Part shown: piece after piece, positions 10,803 to 20,373 of the stretch | How positions within the stretch are numbered: position 1 is the first letter of the stretch | How the letters are laid out: every line of letters starts with the position of its first letter | NCBI GenBank assembly: GCA_963840035.1 | Contig: CAWIXE010000002.1 | Location: forward strand, 736,001 to 800,000 | Length of the DNA: 64,000 bases | Source of the DNA: a candidate division FCPU426 bacterium | GTDB taxonomy: Bacteria > Oederibacteriota > PGYV01 > Palsa-1178 | Direction of reading: 5' to 3' | Position numbers and translations under genes: made by a program | Notes under the pieces: generated by a model | What the model was told of the DNA's origin: nothing | The model's input: the letters and a program-made list of their open reading frames with translations, nothing else | Databases searched by the model: none

Positions 10803-12623
10803 ATGCAAAAGAGGATAACGCTGCTTGTTTTTTTAATGGCGGCGTTTTCCTCTTTTTGCTTTTCCGATAACGTGGCTCTTTGTTACCATAAGTTCGGATA
10901 CTCCATCAGTGATATTTATTCCGTGCTTCCCGAGGTGCTGGAGTGGCAGTTAAGTTATATTAAAAAGCAGGGCATACCTGTGACAAATATGGAAGGGCTT
11001 GAAAATATCCTCTGCCAGGAAAAGGAAGCTGAGAACCCGAGCGTATTGCTTACCGTTGACGACGGGTGGAAAAGCAGCAAGAATATCCTGCCCATCCTCG
11101 CGCGTCAGCAGGTCACCGCGATGTTCTTTCTTTATCCCATAGTCATTCACAAGGATGTAAAAAAATACCTGACGCCGTCCGACCTTCATAATGTCATGAA
11201 AAGCCCGTGGGTCGAGTTCGGCTGCCACAGTTATTCTCACCCGGTCCTTTCCAAAATTGATGACAAACAGCTTTATCATGAGGTTGTGGACTCAAAGCAA
11301 CGGCTTGAGCAATGGCTGGGAACGACTTTAAATGTCATGGCGTATCCTTACGGCATGGCGAACAAACGGGTCAGGGACTTCTGCAGGAAGCATTATGAAT
11401 ACGGATTTACCGCAAGCGACGGGGTTAATAATTTTTCCACGGACCACTTTGATTTAAAGAGATTTATCATTTACAGGAACACCACTTTTGGCGAATTCAA
11501 GGATATTATCAGCAGGGCCAATGGCAAAAAAGAGGCAAAGGAATACAAACTTGTCAAAATAGGCAGGAACGACGATTACGGCAAGTACGGAATATTCCCG
11601 GACAATAAGTATTACAGATTCCCGCCGGGAAAAACAGCGGAAGCGCCTGAGGTTATCTTCATACCGTCATCAGGCCTGGGCCCGGGCTGGTTATATATGA
11701 CCATAAAGAAAGCTGTCGCGGGAAACATGGCGTGCGGCGTTATGGTAAACAGGAACAATAATATCCCTTTTTACCGCGGTGAAAAGGACATATACAAAGC
11801 CGCCAAAAACTGGGGGCTGCCCGCGTATATGGAAGACCTGAAAGAAGGCCTTGATTTTGCCATGAAAGGCGGAAAAAAGGCCGTGATTGTCACGTGGGGC
11901 GACGGTTTCGATGTGCTTATATCCCTGCTGTCACAGCCCGGGGACGATTTTTCCTCCCGGATAAAAGGCATTATCGCCATAAATCCGATGCTTCCCAAGG
12001 GCGATAACGGAGATGACTTCTACAGGCGCAACCACGAAGAATTATTAAAACAGATAGCTGACGGCAAATACATTTCATCGGGGCCGCAGGATTTCCTGGA
12101 GTTTAAGACATTATCCGACCTGGCATACTTAAAACCGAAATCTGCAAGCCCGTTCGCCGCGCGGTATGAATACGGCGATAAAATATCAAATAAAGAACTG
12201 CTCGCGTCAGTCCTGAATTCTTCAAGCAACCCTGATATGGCGCTGGATTACAAAAGCGCGTATTTTACCGACGGCAGCTTCTGGAAGGCGTTCATGCAGC
12301 CGCTTCCGCTGTTTCCGCAGGTAATACCCACGGCTTTGCTCGACGACATAAACATGCTTGAGCTTAATAATTTCAAGCTGGAAAGCGCCGGGGTGCCGGG
12401 TCCTGTGAAACTGTCAATGCCTGTGTCTTATGCTTATACAGATAATTACGCGGCGTCTGTAAAAAAGGCGAGGGAACTCTTCCCGGGAACAGGGATTGCC
12501 GCCGAATATAAAGCGGGCCCTGTAAAGACCATGGAAGCCATGCTGTCCTCGGGTGTGTCCGATTTCATACTGCGGACGGCCGGGGAAATGATGAATGAAG
12601 GGCAATTTAAAATTCAAAATTAG
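10803..12623 (+). CDS. Secreted CE4 polysaccharide deacetylase fused to a degenerate alpha/beta-hydrolase-like domain
   Basis: Signal peptide; LCYH, LTVDDG, HSYSH, AYPYG NodB motifs. GGGAG RBS precedes ATG 10803. Confidence 0.75.
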   Translation: MQKRITLLVFLMAAFSSFCFSDNVALCYHKFGYSISDIYSVLPEVLEWQLSYIKKQGIPVTNMEGLENILCQEKEAENPSVLLTVDDGWKSSKNILPILARQQVTAMFFLYPIVIHKDVKKYLTPSDLHNVMKSPWVEFGCHSYSHPVLSKIDDKQLYHEVVDSKQRLEQWLGTTLNVMAYPYGMANKRVRDFCRKHYEYGFTASDGVNNFSTDHFDLKRFIIYRNTTFGEFKDIISRANGKKEAKEYKLVKIGRNDDYGKYGIFPDNKYYRFPPGKTAEAPEVIFIPSSGLGPGWLYMTIKKAVAGNMACGVMVNRNNNIPFYRGEKDIYKAAKNWGLPAYMEDLKEGLDFAMKGGKKAVIVTWGDGFDVLISLLSQPGDDFSSRIKGIIAINPMLPKGDNGDDFYRRNHEELLKQIADGKYISSGPQDFLEFKTLSDLAYLKPKSASPFAARYEYGDKISNKELLASVLNSSSNPDMALDYKSAYFTDGSFWKAFMQPLPLFPQVIPTALLDDINMLELNNFKLESAGVPGPVKLSMPVSYAYTDNYAASVKKARELFPGTGIAAEYKAGPVKTMEAMLSSGVSDFILRTAGEMMNEGQFKIQN

Positions 12624-12714
12624 AAATATAAAATTATGGAGTGCTGTGGCACGTTATATTATAATATTGCTGGGGCCGTGTTTTGGCCCGCGGCAATAAA
12701 CGCTGGAGGCAAAT

Positions 12715-13146
12715 ATGACAAAAACTGACAGGGCAGGCGAGTTGTTTAAGAGCGGGTTTAACTGTTCTCAGGCTGTGTTTACGGCTTTTAAGCAGGATTC
12801 AATTGATGAAAAGACCGCCCTAAAACTTTCCACAATATTTGGCGCGGGCGTGGCTGCGCAGGGCGCGGGCGTGTGCGGCGCGGTTTCAGGAGCCCTGATG
12901 GCTATTTCATTAAAACACGGCAGGGAAAACCTTGAGGCCGTTGACGCAAAGACAAAAACTTATGAGCTTGGGAGACAGTTTATGGCAAAGTTTGAGGAAG
13001 AAAACGGCTCTGTCATGTGCGAGAAACTGCTTGGGATAAACATAGGAACACCTGAGAATATGCAGAAGGCAAATGAGGCGGGATTGTTTAAGACAAAATG
13101 CTATAATCTGGTTCTATCAGCGGGGAAGATTTTAGAGGGATTGTAG
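12715..13146 (+). CDS. C-GCAxxG-C-C family redox-active protein
   Basis: NCSQAV, VCGAVSG, VMCEKL, KC motifs. GGAGG RBS. Confidence 0.9.
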   Translation: MTKTDRAGELFKSGFNCSQAVFTAFKQDSIDEKTALKLSTIFGAGVAAQGAGVCGAVSGALMAISLKHGRENLEAVDAKTKTYELGRQFMAKFEEENGSVMCEKLLGINIGTPENMQKANEAGLFKTKCYNLVLSAGKILEGL

Positions 13147-13162
13147 GTTTGTAGAGATTTCT

Positions 13163-13225
13163 GTAGAGACGCAGCTTGCTGCGTCTCAAACGTTGAAGGC
13201 AAGACACAGCAAGCTGTGTCTCTAC
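13163..13225. repeat. GTAG-type REP doublet (REPIN-like), family A
   Basis: GTAGAGACGCAGCTTGCTGCGTCTC (13163-13187) and an inverted copy reading GTAGAGACACAGCTTGCTGTGTCTT on - (13201-13225). Confidence 0.85.
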
Positions 13226-13246
13226 AACAACACAAGGGAGCTAATC

Positions 13247-13999
13247 TTGGCGTACTTTAAATACAACGACAAAAAAGTTTATTTCAATACTTACGGCAAA
13301 AAAGGACCGTTCCTGCTTTTATTGCACGGTAATACAACGGCGTCCTCCATGTTCAAGAAAGAAATCGTGCGTTTTTATTCCAAGTATTTTAAAGTCTTTA
13401 CCTTTGATTATCCGGGCCACGGCAAGTCTGAAAAGATTGATAAATTCCCTGAAGATTTCTGGTATGAGAACGCGAAAGTCGCAATCTCGTTATTTGAGCG
13501 CCTAGGCGTGGATAAAGCATACATAGTCGGGACAAGCGGCGGAGCCATGGTGGGGCTTAATATAGCGCTGGAAAGACCTGATTTGGCCATAAAATGCGTG
13601 TGTGACAGCTTTATCGGGGATAGGATGCCTGTTGCCATGGCTGAGAAGATAAAAGAAGCCAGGATGCAGGAGAAGAGCGGCGAGATGGGTTTCGCGTGGT
13701 TTATGCTTCACGGTTTTAAGTGGGAAAAGGTTGTGGATATGGATACGGAGATGATCCTGAATGCCGCGAAAAAATCCCTGAAGTTTTTCCATAAAGACCC
13801 GGCGGCTGTAACTGTGCCTGTACTTTTAACAGCAAGCAAGGTTGATGAAATGCTGCCGGGGATAGAAAAGACGTACAACGATTTAAAGTCAAAAAACAGC
13901 AAATATGAAGTGCATATGTTTGAACATGGAAGCCATATGACCATGCTGACGAACAGGTATGATTTTACGAGAGTGGTTAAAGACTACTTCAACCGTTAA
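13247..13999 (+). CDS. Alpha/beta hydrolase
   Basis: LLLHG, DYPGHGKS, GTSGG nucleophile elbow, HGSH. TTG start after GGGAG; the longer ORF reads through the REP. Confidence 0.88.
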   Translation: MAYFKYNDKKVYFNTYGKKGPFLLLLHGNTTASSMFKKEIVRFYSKYFKVFTFDYPGHGKSEKIDKFPEDFWYENAKVAISLFERLGVDKAYIVGTSGGAMVGLNIALERPDLAIKCVCDSFIGDRMPVAMAEKIKEARMQEKSGEMGFAWFMLHGFKWEKVVDMDTEMILNAAKKSLKFFHKDPAAVTVPVLLTASKVDEMLPGIEKTYNDLKSKNSKYEVHMFEHGSHMTMLTNRYDFTRVVKDYFNR

Positions 14000-14010
14000 T
14001 GTAAAAATTC

Positions 14011-14089
14011 GGGCGACCCACCGGGTCGCCCCTACGAAAGCAAGGCGGGATTTGTCCTGTTCTCGTAGGAGCGAGCCGGTGGCTCGCCC
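14011..14089. repeat. GTAG-type REP doublet, family B, with GTAG ends facing inward
   Basis: GTAGGGGCGACCCGGTGGGTCGCCC on - (14011-14035) and GTAGGAGCGAGCCGGTGGCTCGCCC on + (14065-14089). Confidence 0.85.
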
Positions 14090-14103
14090 GGTTTTGTTTT
14101 GCC

Positions 14104-14262
14104 TTATTTTTGTTTTTTAAGTTCTTCAAGTATTTCTTTTAAAGTTTTATCAATCGACCACAGCTTTATCGGCGCCAAAAATATCATTACCGCTAGCATG
14201 ATGCCGACAATGACCATCAGGACATAAAAGAACGTCATCAAACTGAACCCTGCATCCACCAT
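14104..14262 (-). CDS. 52-aa small membrane protein, absent from the ORF track
   Basis: MVDAGFSLMTFFYVLMVIVGIMLAVMIFLAPIKLWSIDKTLKEILEELKKQK. Strong AAGGAGG RBS 5-6 nt upstream; one TM helix plus an amphipathic tail. Confidence 0.7.
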   Translation of the reverse strand: MVDAGFSLMTFFYVLMVIVGIMLAVMIFLAPIKLWSIDKTLKEILEELKKQK

Positions 14263-14357
14263 AAAAAACCTCCTTAAATTATAGAACGTATTTTAGTTTT
14301 GTGTTATATTATAATTGTAAATGGAAAATTGTAAATAGTAAATTTAAAGGAGTTCTC

Positions 14358-14972
14358 ATGGGCAGCACGGTATACTTGGAGCGCATACAGACAAAAGTCC
14401 CGCTGGAAAATATCATGTTCCGCATGGGTTATAAAAAGGGCATGACGCAGATATCGGCGGAACAGCAGAAATCCATAGATGACGGGATAAAACTCGGCGA
14501 AATGTTATGCGAGCTTAAAGGCGCGTATGAATTCATAAAAATTGATTCTATCAGGGGCGGTGCTATTACGCTTGCAAACGGCATATCCTTTGAAAGCAGG
14601 CAGCTCTGCGGATTATTTCAGGGGTGCGAGGAAGTCCTGCTGACCGCGGCTACGGCAGGGAACGCAATAATAGAACGCCGCGACGCTGAGATAAAAGGCG
14701 GCAACGCCTCGCTCGGGATAATTCTTGACGCTGTCGGTTCGGAGACGGCTGACACAGGCCTGGACTGGATGGAGGAATTCTTAAAAGCCCAGTCCGCGAA
14801 AAAAGCCAGGACAATAACAAGGCGTTTTTCACCCGGTTATGGCGACTTGAGGCTGGCGTATCAGAAGGATATTTACGACGCGATGAAGCTTTCAAAGATA
14901 GGCATCACCATTACGGATAGGTATTTGTTATCCCCGGAGAAGTCGGTTATCGCGGTGGCGGGAGTTCTGTAA
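14358..14972 (+). CDS. B12-dependent methionine synthase activation (AdoMet-binding) subunit
   Basis: TRRFSPGYGDL and LSPEKSV motifs; AAGGAG RBS before ATG 14358; lies next to metH. Confidence 0.88.
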   Translation: MGSTVYLERIQTKVPLENIMFRMGYKKGMTQISAEQQKSIDDGIKLGEMLCELKGAYEFIKIDSIRGGAITLANGISFESRQLCGLFQGCEEVLLTAATAGNAIIERRDAEIKGGNASLGIILDAVGSETADTGLDWMEEFLKAQSAKKARTITRRFSPGYGDLRLAYQKDIYDAMKLSKIGITITDRYLLSPEKSVIAVAGVL

Positions 14973-15101
14973 AACCGTTCGGAGGGTGGAGGGTAGAGTC
15001 CGAAGTTAGAAGCCTTTGCGTTTGTAAATCGTAAGTTTCTGTGCTATTATTGATTTATCGACCGGGAATTCCCAATAATAAAATTAAACAATGGAGTATT
15101 T

Positions 15102-17525
15102 ATGGCAAAAAAAGCGAATTCAAAGGACAGATTAAAAAAGCTGATAAGCAAAGGGCTCGTCATTCTTGACGGCTCCACCGGTGTGGCGCTGCAAAAGCGC
15201 GGGATGCCAAAGGGCGCATGCCCTGAGAAATGGGCGCTGGAGAATCCCAAACACCTGATGGAACTCCAGAAGGAATACCTGCTCTCCGGGACACAGATAC
15301 TATACACGTTTACCCTGGGCGGCACGCGGATAAAACTTGATGAATTCGGCATGGGCAGCGAGACTTTAAGGATAAATGAGGGGCTTGCCAGGCTTTCTAA
15401 AAAAGTAGCGGGCACAAAAGCCCTCGTGGCCGGGGATATAGGGCCGACAGGGCGTTTTCCAAAGCCTTTTGGCGATATGCCTTTTGAAGAGTGTATAAAT
15501 ATTTATAAGGAACAGGTCAAAGGGCTTTTAAAAGGCGGCGTGGACCTTTTTGTCATAGAGACCATGATTGACATACAGGAGACAAGGGCGGCCCTGCTCG
15601 CGGTCAAGGAAAGCTGCGATAAGCCGGTTATTGTCTCCATGACCTTTGATAAAGATATGAGGACGCTTACCGGGACCGATCCTGTCTCGGCACTTATCAC
15701 GCTGCAGTCGCTGGGCGCGGATGTAGTGGGCGTGAACTGCTCCACAGGCCCGGCAGAGATGGTCAAAGTCATAAAAATGATGAAGCCTTACGCGAAAGTG
15801 CCGCTAATGGCAAAACCGAACGCGGGACTGCCGAGGCTCTTAGACGGGCAGACTGTTTTTGACATGGACGCGAAATCATTCGCCTCACATACAAAGGCTT
15901 TCTTAAGCGCCGGATGCAATATGCTCGGCGGCTGCTGCGGCACAAGCCCGGCGTATATTGCCAGCATGGTATTGAGCGCGGGCAGGACAAAGCCGGCAAA
16001 AACGGAGATCATTGGCACAAGCTGCCTGACTTCAGCGAGAAAAACCGTTTTTATTTCACCGGATATTCCCGTGACTATAATCGGCGAGCGGATAAACCCG
16101 ACCGGAAAAAAGCAGCTGCAGGAAGAACTTAAAGCAGGAAAGACCGAGGAAGTCAGAAAATTCGCGGTAGAGCAGGCGGAAAAGGGCGCCCTGGTGCTGG
16201 ATGTAAATGTCGGCATGCCCGGCATTAACGAGAGGGAGACCATGATAAAGATAGTGGAGATGCTGGGCTCCCTAAGCGACCTGCCGCTTTGCCTGGATTC
16301 GTCTTCACCGGATGTCATTGAAGCGGCTTTGCGCGTCTATCCGGGAAGGGCGCTGATAAATTCAATTTCAGGCGAGCCGGAAAAGATGAAACGCATGCTT
16401 CCCATCGCGGCAAAATACGGCGCCATGTTCATATTGCTGCCGCTTGGCGGAAAAGGCGTGCCGGCCACCGCGAAAGAACGCATTGCCATAATCGGCAAAG
16501 TGGCTGCGGAATCAAAAAAATACGGCTTCACCTCAAAAGATATTGTGATAGACGGGCTTGTGATGACGGTATCATCTGATCAGAAAGCAGCCGGGGAAAC
16601 ATTAAAGCTCATAGAATGGGCGGGAACTAACGGATATAACTCGGCCGTCGGCCTTTCAAATGTGTCCTTCGGCCTGCCCGAGCGCGCGTATGTCAACGCC
16701 GCGTTCCTGGCCATGGCTGTCAACAGGGGCCTTACCATGGCCATTGCCAACCCGTCGCTTGACCTGCTTATGAACGTAAAAGCCGCGGCTGATGTCCTGA
16801 CGGCAAAAGACAGGAACAGCGAGAATTACATAAAACGCTTCTCGTCAGTTGCGGCGCATCCGTCAGGGCTTAAAGCGGGGCCTAAGGGGGCAATTGACAA
16901 CCTGCAGGCTGTGCATGAAGCCGTCATCGGCGGCAATGCGGAGTCGATACAGGAGCATATACAGGCGTCATTAAAGGAAGGCAACAAGCCAAAAGACATC
17001 GTTGACCTGATACTTATACCGGCAATCTCGCAGGTGGGCGACCTGTATGAGAAAAAAACATATTTTTTGCCGCAGTTAATCGCGAGCGCCGACGCCATGA
17101 AAGCGGCTTTCAAAATACTTGAACCCCTGCTGGCGCTGGAGCCGGGTAAAAAAGAAAAAAAGACCGCCATTGTCGTGGCGACGGTAAAAGGCGATATTCA
17201 TGACATAGGCAAGAACATAGTGGCGCTCATGCTTAAAAATTACGGGTTTGACGTCATTGACCTTGGCAAGGACGTGGACGAGTTCGCCATAATCCGCGCC
17301 ATAAAGGATTCAGGCGCTAAGATAGCGGCATTATCGGCGCTTATGACTACGACCATGGTGGAAATGAAGACGGTGATTGCCCTTGCAAAAAAACAGGGGA
17401 TAAAATGCAAGTTCATGGTTGGCGGGGCTGTTGTGACAGAAAGTTTCGCGAAGGAAATAGGCGCGGACGGGTATTCAAAAGACGCGTATGAGGCTGTAAA
17501 GACGGCAAGAAAGCTGGCTGAGTAA
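15102..17525 (+). CDS. metH: Cobalamin-dependent methionine synthase (Hcy-binding, pterin-binding, B12-binding domains; no fused activation domain)
   Basis: GVNCS, PNAGLP, GGCCGT, IGERINPTGK, GLSNVSFG, GDIHDIGKNIV, LSALMTTT. Confidence 0.93.
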   Translation: MAKKANSKDRLKKLISKGLVILDGSTGVALQKRGMPKGACPEKWALENPKHLMELQKEYLLSGTQILYTFTLGGTRIKLDEFGMGSETLRINEGLARLSKKVAGTKALVAGDIGPTGRFPKPFGDMPFEECINIYKEQVKGLLKGGVDLFVIETMIDIQETRAALLAVKESCDKPVIVSMTFDKDMRTLTGTDPVSALITLQSLGADVVGVNCSTGPAEMVKVIKMMKPYAKVPLMAKPNAGLPRLLDGQTVFDMDAKSFASHTKAFLSAGCNMLGGCCGTSPAYIASMVLSAGRTKPAKTEIIGTSCLTSARKTVFISPDIPVTIIGERINPTGKKQLQEELKAGKTEEVRKFAVEQAEKGALVLDVNVGMPGINERETMIKIVEMLGSLSDLPLCLDSSSPDVIEAALRVYPGRALINSISGEPEKMKRMLPIAAKYGAMFILLPLGGKGVPATAKERIAIIGKVAAESKKYGFTSKDIVIDGLVMTVSSDQKAAGETLKLIEWAGTNGYNSAVGLSNVSFGLPERAYVNAAFLAMAVNRGLTMAIANPSLDLLMNVKAAADVLTAKDRNSENYIKRFSSVAAHPSGLKAGPKGAIDNLQAVHEAVIGGNAESIQEHIQASLKEGNKPKDIVDLILIPAISQVGDLYEKKTYFLPQLIASADAMKAAFKILEPLLALEPGKKEKKTAIVVATVKGDIHDIGKNIVALMLKNYGFDVIDLGKDVDEFAIIRAIKDSGAKIAALSALMTTTMVEMKTVIALAKKQGIKCKFMVGGAVVTESFAKEIGADGYSKDAYEAVKTARKLAE

Positions 17526-17572
17526 GTATTCTGATCCTATCATGTATTTAACATATAACTTAGGGGGGGCAT

Positions 17573-18133
17573 ATGGCTTTAAAAATTCTCGGCATCTGCG
17601 GCAGCCTGCGTGAAGGCTCGTATAACAGGAAGCTTCTTAAGATAGCTGAAGGCATAGTAAAAAATGCGGGGGAAGAATACGCGGAGTTTGACATTAAAGA
17701 GTCCGGCATCCCGGTTTATAACGGCGACATTGAAGACAAGGGAACACCTGAAAGCGTGGCGTCATTGAAAACTGCTGTCGAATCATCCGACGTGGTGCTT
17801 TTCGCGCTACCTGAATATAACCATTCAATACCCGGCGGATTAAAGAACGCCATTGACTGGGCTTCGCGATGCGGCGGAAACTCATGGGGAGGCAAAGTCG
17901 CGGCCATATTTGGCGCTTCAACAGGGCCTTTCGGCACGGTCAGGAGCCAGCTTGCCATAAGGCAGTCATTTTTGACCCTTAACATACTCGCGCTTCCGTC
18001 ACCGCAGGTGTTTGTCCCGAACGCTTCAGCGGCTTTCAATGACGACGGCTCGCTGAAGGAAAAAAAGACATTTGATTCCCTGAAAAAACTCATTGAAGCG
18101 ACCCTTGCAGAGGCAAAAAAAAGGAAAGCGTAA
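17573..18133 (+). CDS. NAD(P)H-dependent FMN reductase
   Basis: GSLREGSYN and PEYNHSIPGGLKNAIDW motifs. Confidence 0.93.
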   Translation: MALKILGICGSLREGSYNRKLLKIAEGIVKNAGEEYAEFDIKESGIPVYNGDIEDKGTPESVASLKTAVESSDVVLFALPEYNHSIPGGLKNAIDWASRCGGNSWGGKVAAIFGASTGPFGTVRSQLAIRQSFLTLNILALPSPQVFVPNASAAFNDDGSLKEKKTFDSLKKLIEATLAEAKKRKA

Positions 18134-18139
18134 ACATAT

Positions 18140-19246
18140 TTGAAAAGAATATACGGTTTCATAAAAGAAGAAACATTCCTCTTCATCCTGATAATTCTGT
18201 TCATATTTCTTACGGCTTTAATGCCGGGATACATGCAGCATTACCATGAATTCATCGGCTGGAAAACCATAGTGCTTCTTTTATCCCTTATCATGGTTGC
18301 CACCGGCATTAAACAGAGCGGTTACCTTGATAAATTGGCGCGTCATTTGCTCTCCGGAATAAAGGATGAGAGGGTGCTCGCGGGCTTCATGGCGGGGTTG
18401 TCAGCGCTGCTTTCAATGTTTTTGACCAACGATATTACCTTATTCATCGTGGTCCCCGTCACGGTAGCTATGCAGAAAGTATTAAAAAATGACCTTGTAA
18501 AAGTTGTGATTTTTGAAGCCGTAGCTGTTAATGTGGGTTCAACTTTAACCCCTATAGGAAACCCGCAGAATATTTTTATATGGAACGGATGGGGCATTTC
18601 ATTCGCTTCTTTTATGGTAAAAATGGCGCTTCCGTCAGCTGTTATGGCCGCGGCGCTTTTTCTTTTTATTTTCTTTACTGTAAAGCCGCGCGCGCTGCAT
18701 TTTAATATGGAGCATGGCGGAATAAAACAGGACAAAAAACTCGGGCTGGTGTCATTTGCCCTTATGGCGTGTTTTCTTGTTTCGCTGCAGTTTAAGGCCG
18801 GGGCGTACGCGCTGCCGGTTATTGCCGCGGTGTATTTTATCTTTTATAAAAAAGTCCTGGCTGATGTGGACTGGCTGCTTATACTCACGTTTATAATTAT
18901 GTTTATTGATTTTTCACTGTTGGCAAAAGTGCCGTTTATGATATCGCTTGTTTCCTTATTTAATATGAATAATCCTAAAGATGTATATCTCGCGTCGGCT
19001 TTGGTTTCGCAGTTCATTTCAAATGTCCCCGCGGCGATATTTATGTCCAAGTTTTCAGGTAACTGGCAGGCTATTGCTTACGGCGTTGATTTAGCCGGCA
19101 ACGGCACTGTCGTAGGGTCGCTTGCAAATATAATAGCTTTAAGGCTTCTTAATTCAAAAAAGCAAGGGCTGTTGTTGGAGTTTCATAAGTATTCAATACC
19201 GTTTTTTATTTTGACCGCGCTTGTAGTCTGGCTGGTTGTGGTATAA
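18140..19246 (+). CDS. IT-superfamily (ArsB/NhaD/SLC13, YbiR-like) anion permease
   Basis: SMFLTND, GSTLTPIGNPQN, ISNVPA, GSLANII motifs. Confidence 0.88.
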   Translation: MKRIYGFIKEETFLFILIILFIFLTALMPGYMQHYHEFIGWKTIVLLLSLIMVATGIKQSGYLDKLARHLLSGIKDERVLAGFMAGLSALLSMFLTNDITLFIVVPVTVAMQKVLKNDLVKVVIFEAVAVNVGSTLTPIGNPQNIFIWNGWGISFASFMVKMALPSAVMAAALFLFIFFTVKPRALHFNMEHGGIKQDKKLGLVSFALMACFLVSLQFKAGAYALPVIAAVYFIFYKKVLADVDWLLILTFIIMFIDFSLLAKVPFMISLVSLFNMNNPKDVYLASALVSQFISNVPAAIFMSKFSGNWQAIAYGVDLAGNGTVVGSLANIIALRLLNSKKQGLLLEFHKYSIPFFILTALVVWLVVV

Positions 19247-19256
19247 TTATTGTAAT

Positions 19257-19318
19257 GTAGCGGCAGCATTATATGCTGCCGGCCTTTAATGCACGGGCGC
19301 ATATAATGCGCCCGCTAC
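19257..19318. repeat. GTAG-type REP doublet, family C
   Basis: GTAGCGGCAGCATTATATGCTGCCG on + and GTAGCGGGCGCATTATATGCGCCCG on -. Confidence 0.85.
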
Positions 19319-19350
19319 AGGAGCTAAATGCTTACTGCGGAGGGAGTACC

Positions 19351-20358
19351 ATGAAAAACTTCACTGAAATAGGCGTAAGTTATTTTTCGAACAGGCACTT
19401 AAACCATTTTGTTGCCGATTTAAAGTCCCTTAAAAAAGACGGTTTTAATTCCATTTTGCATACATTTTCCGAGGAAGACCTCATGTACAGCAGCGAAAAT
19501 GTAAAGGATATGGTAAAGGCGGGCCGTGATTATGGGTTTAAGACTTGGATAGACCCCTGGGCAGTCGGCAGGGTCTTTGGCGGGGAATCATTTTCAAACT
19601 TCCTGCTTGAAAATACTACGGCCTGGCAGGTGCTCTCAAACGGAAAAAAAATACCGGCAGCGTGCCTTAATAACCCGGTCTTCAGGAAATTTATGAAAGA
19701 GTGGGCCGACGCGGCCATAGACATGGGTGTGGACGCGGTACTCTGGGATGAACCGCATTTCCAGGTAAAAAAATCAGGCAATAAGACAGCGTGGGCGTGC
19801 AGGTGCCCTTATTGCAGGGAAGCGTATGAAATCGAGAACCTGAAAGCCATGCCGGTCTTTAAGATGGACTTAAGCGTGATAAAATTCCGCGAAAATTCCG
19901 TAAAGAGATTTGTATCCGACATGAGCGCGTATATAAAGGACAAATCGCGCGGAAAAATAAAGATATCAGTGGTGCTTTTGACATCGGTGAGCGACATACA
20001 GCGGAGCGCTACGTTTGAGTCGATGGCGGGAATAAAGCAGGTCGATTCCCTCGGGGTTGACCCGTATTGGTACTGGATGAAAGGCAAAACTGACGTATAC
20101 TCGCAGAACTATACAGCCGCGTCCAGAATCAATGAAATCTGCGCCATGGCTGGCAAAGAACCGCATTTCTGGCTTCAGGGTTTTGGGTATAAAAAAGGAA
20201 AAGAAGCCCAGGCATTACAGGCAATCAAAGCCGCGAAAGACGCGGGCATCAAAAACCTGTGGGTCTGGGGTTATAAAGGCGGAGAAATGATGTCGTCTTT
20301 ATCAAGCGACAGGCCTGATGTTGTGTGGAAGACGGTTTTAAAAGGAATTTTCAAATGA
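19351..20358 (+). CDS. Uncharacterised glycoside-hydrolase-like TIM-barrel protein
   Basis: GGGAG RBS before ATG 19351. GVSYF, HTFSE, DPW..G.VFGGE, WDEPH, VDPYW, WLQGF pattern. No signal peptide. Confidence 0.6.
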   Translation: MKNFTEIGVSYFSNRHLNHFVADLKSLKKDGFNSILHTFSEEDLMYSSENVKDMVKAGRDYGFKTWIDPWAVGRVFGGESFSNFLLENTTAWQVLSNGKKIPAACLNNPVFRKFMKEWADAAIDMGVDAVLWDEPHFQVKKSGNKTAWACRCPYCREAYEIENLKAMPVFKMDLSVIKFRENSVKRFVSDMSAYIKDKSRGKIKISVVLLTSVSDIQRSATFESMAGIKQVDSLGVDPYWYWMKGKTDVYSQNYTAASRINEICAMAGKEPHFWLQGFGYKKGKEAQALQAIKAAKDAGIKNLWVWGYKGGEMMSSLSSDRPDVVWKTVLKGIFK

Positions 20359-20373
20359 TAATACCAATTACTA

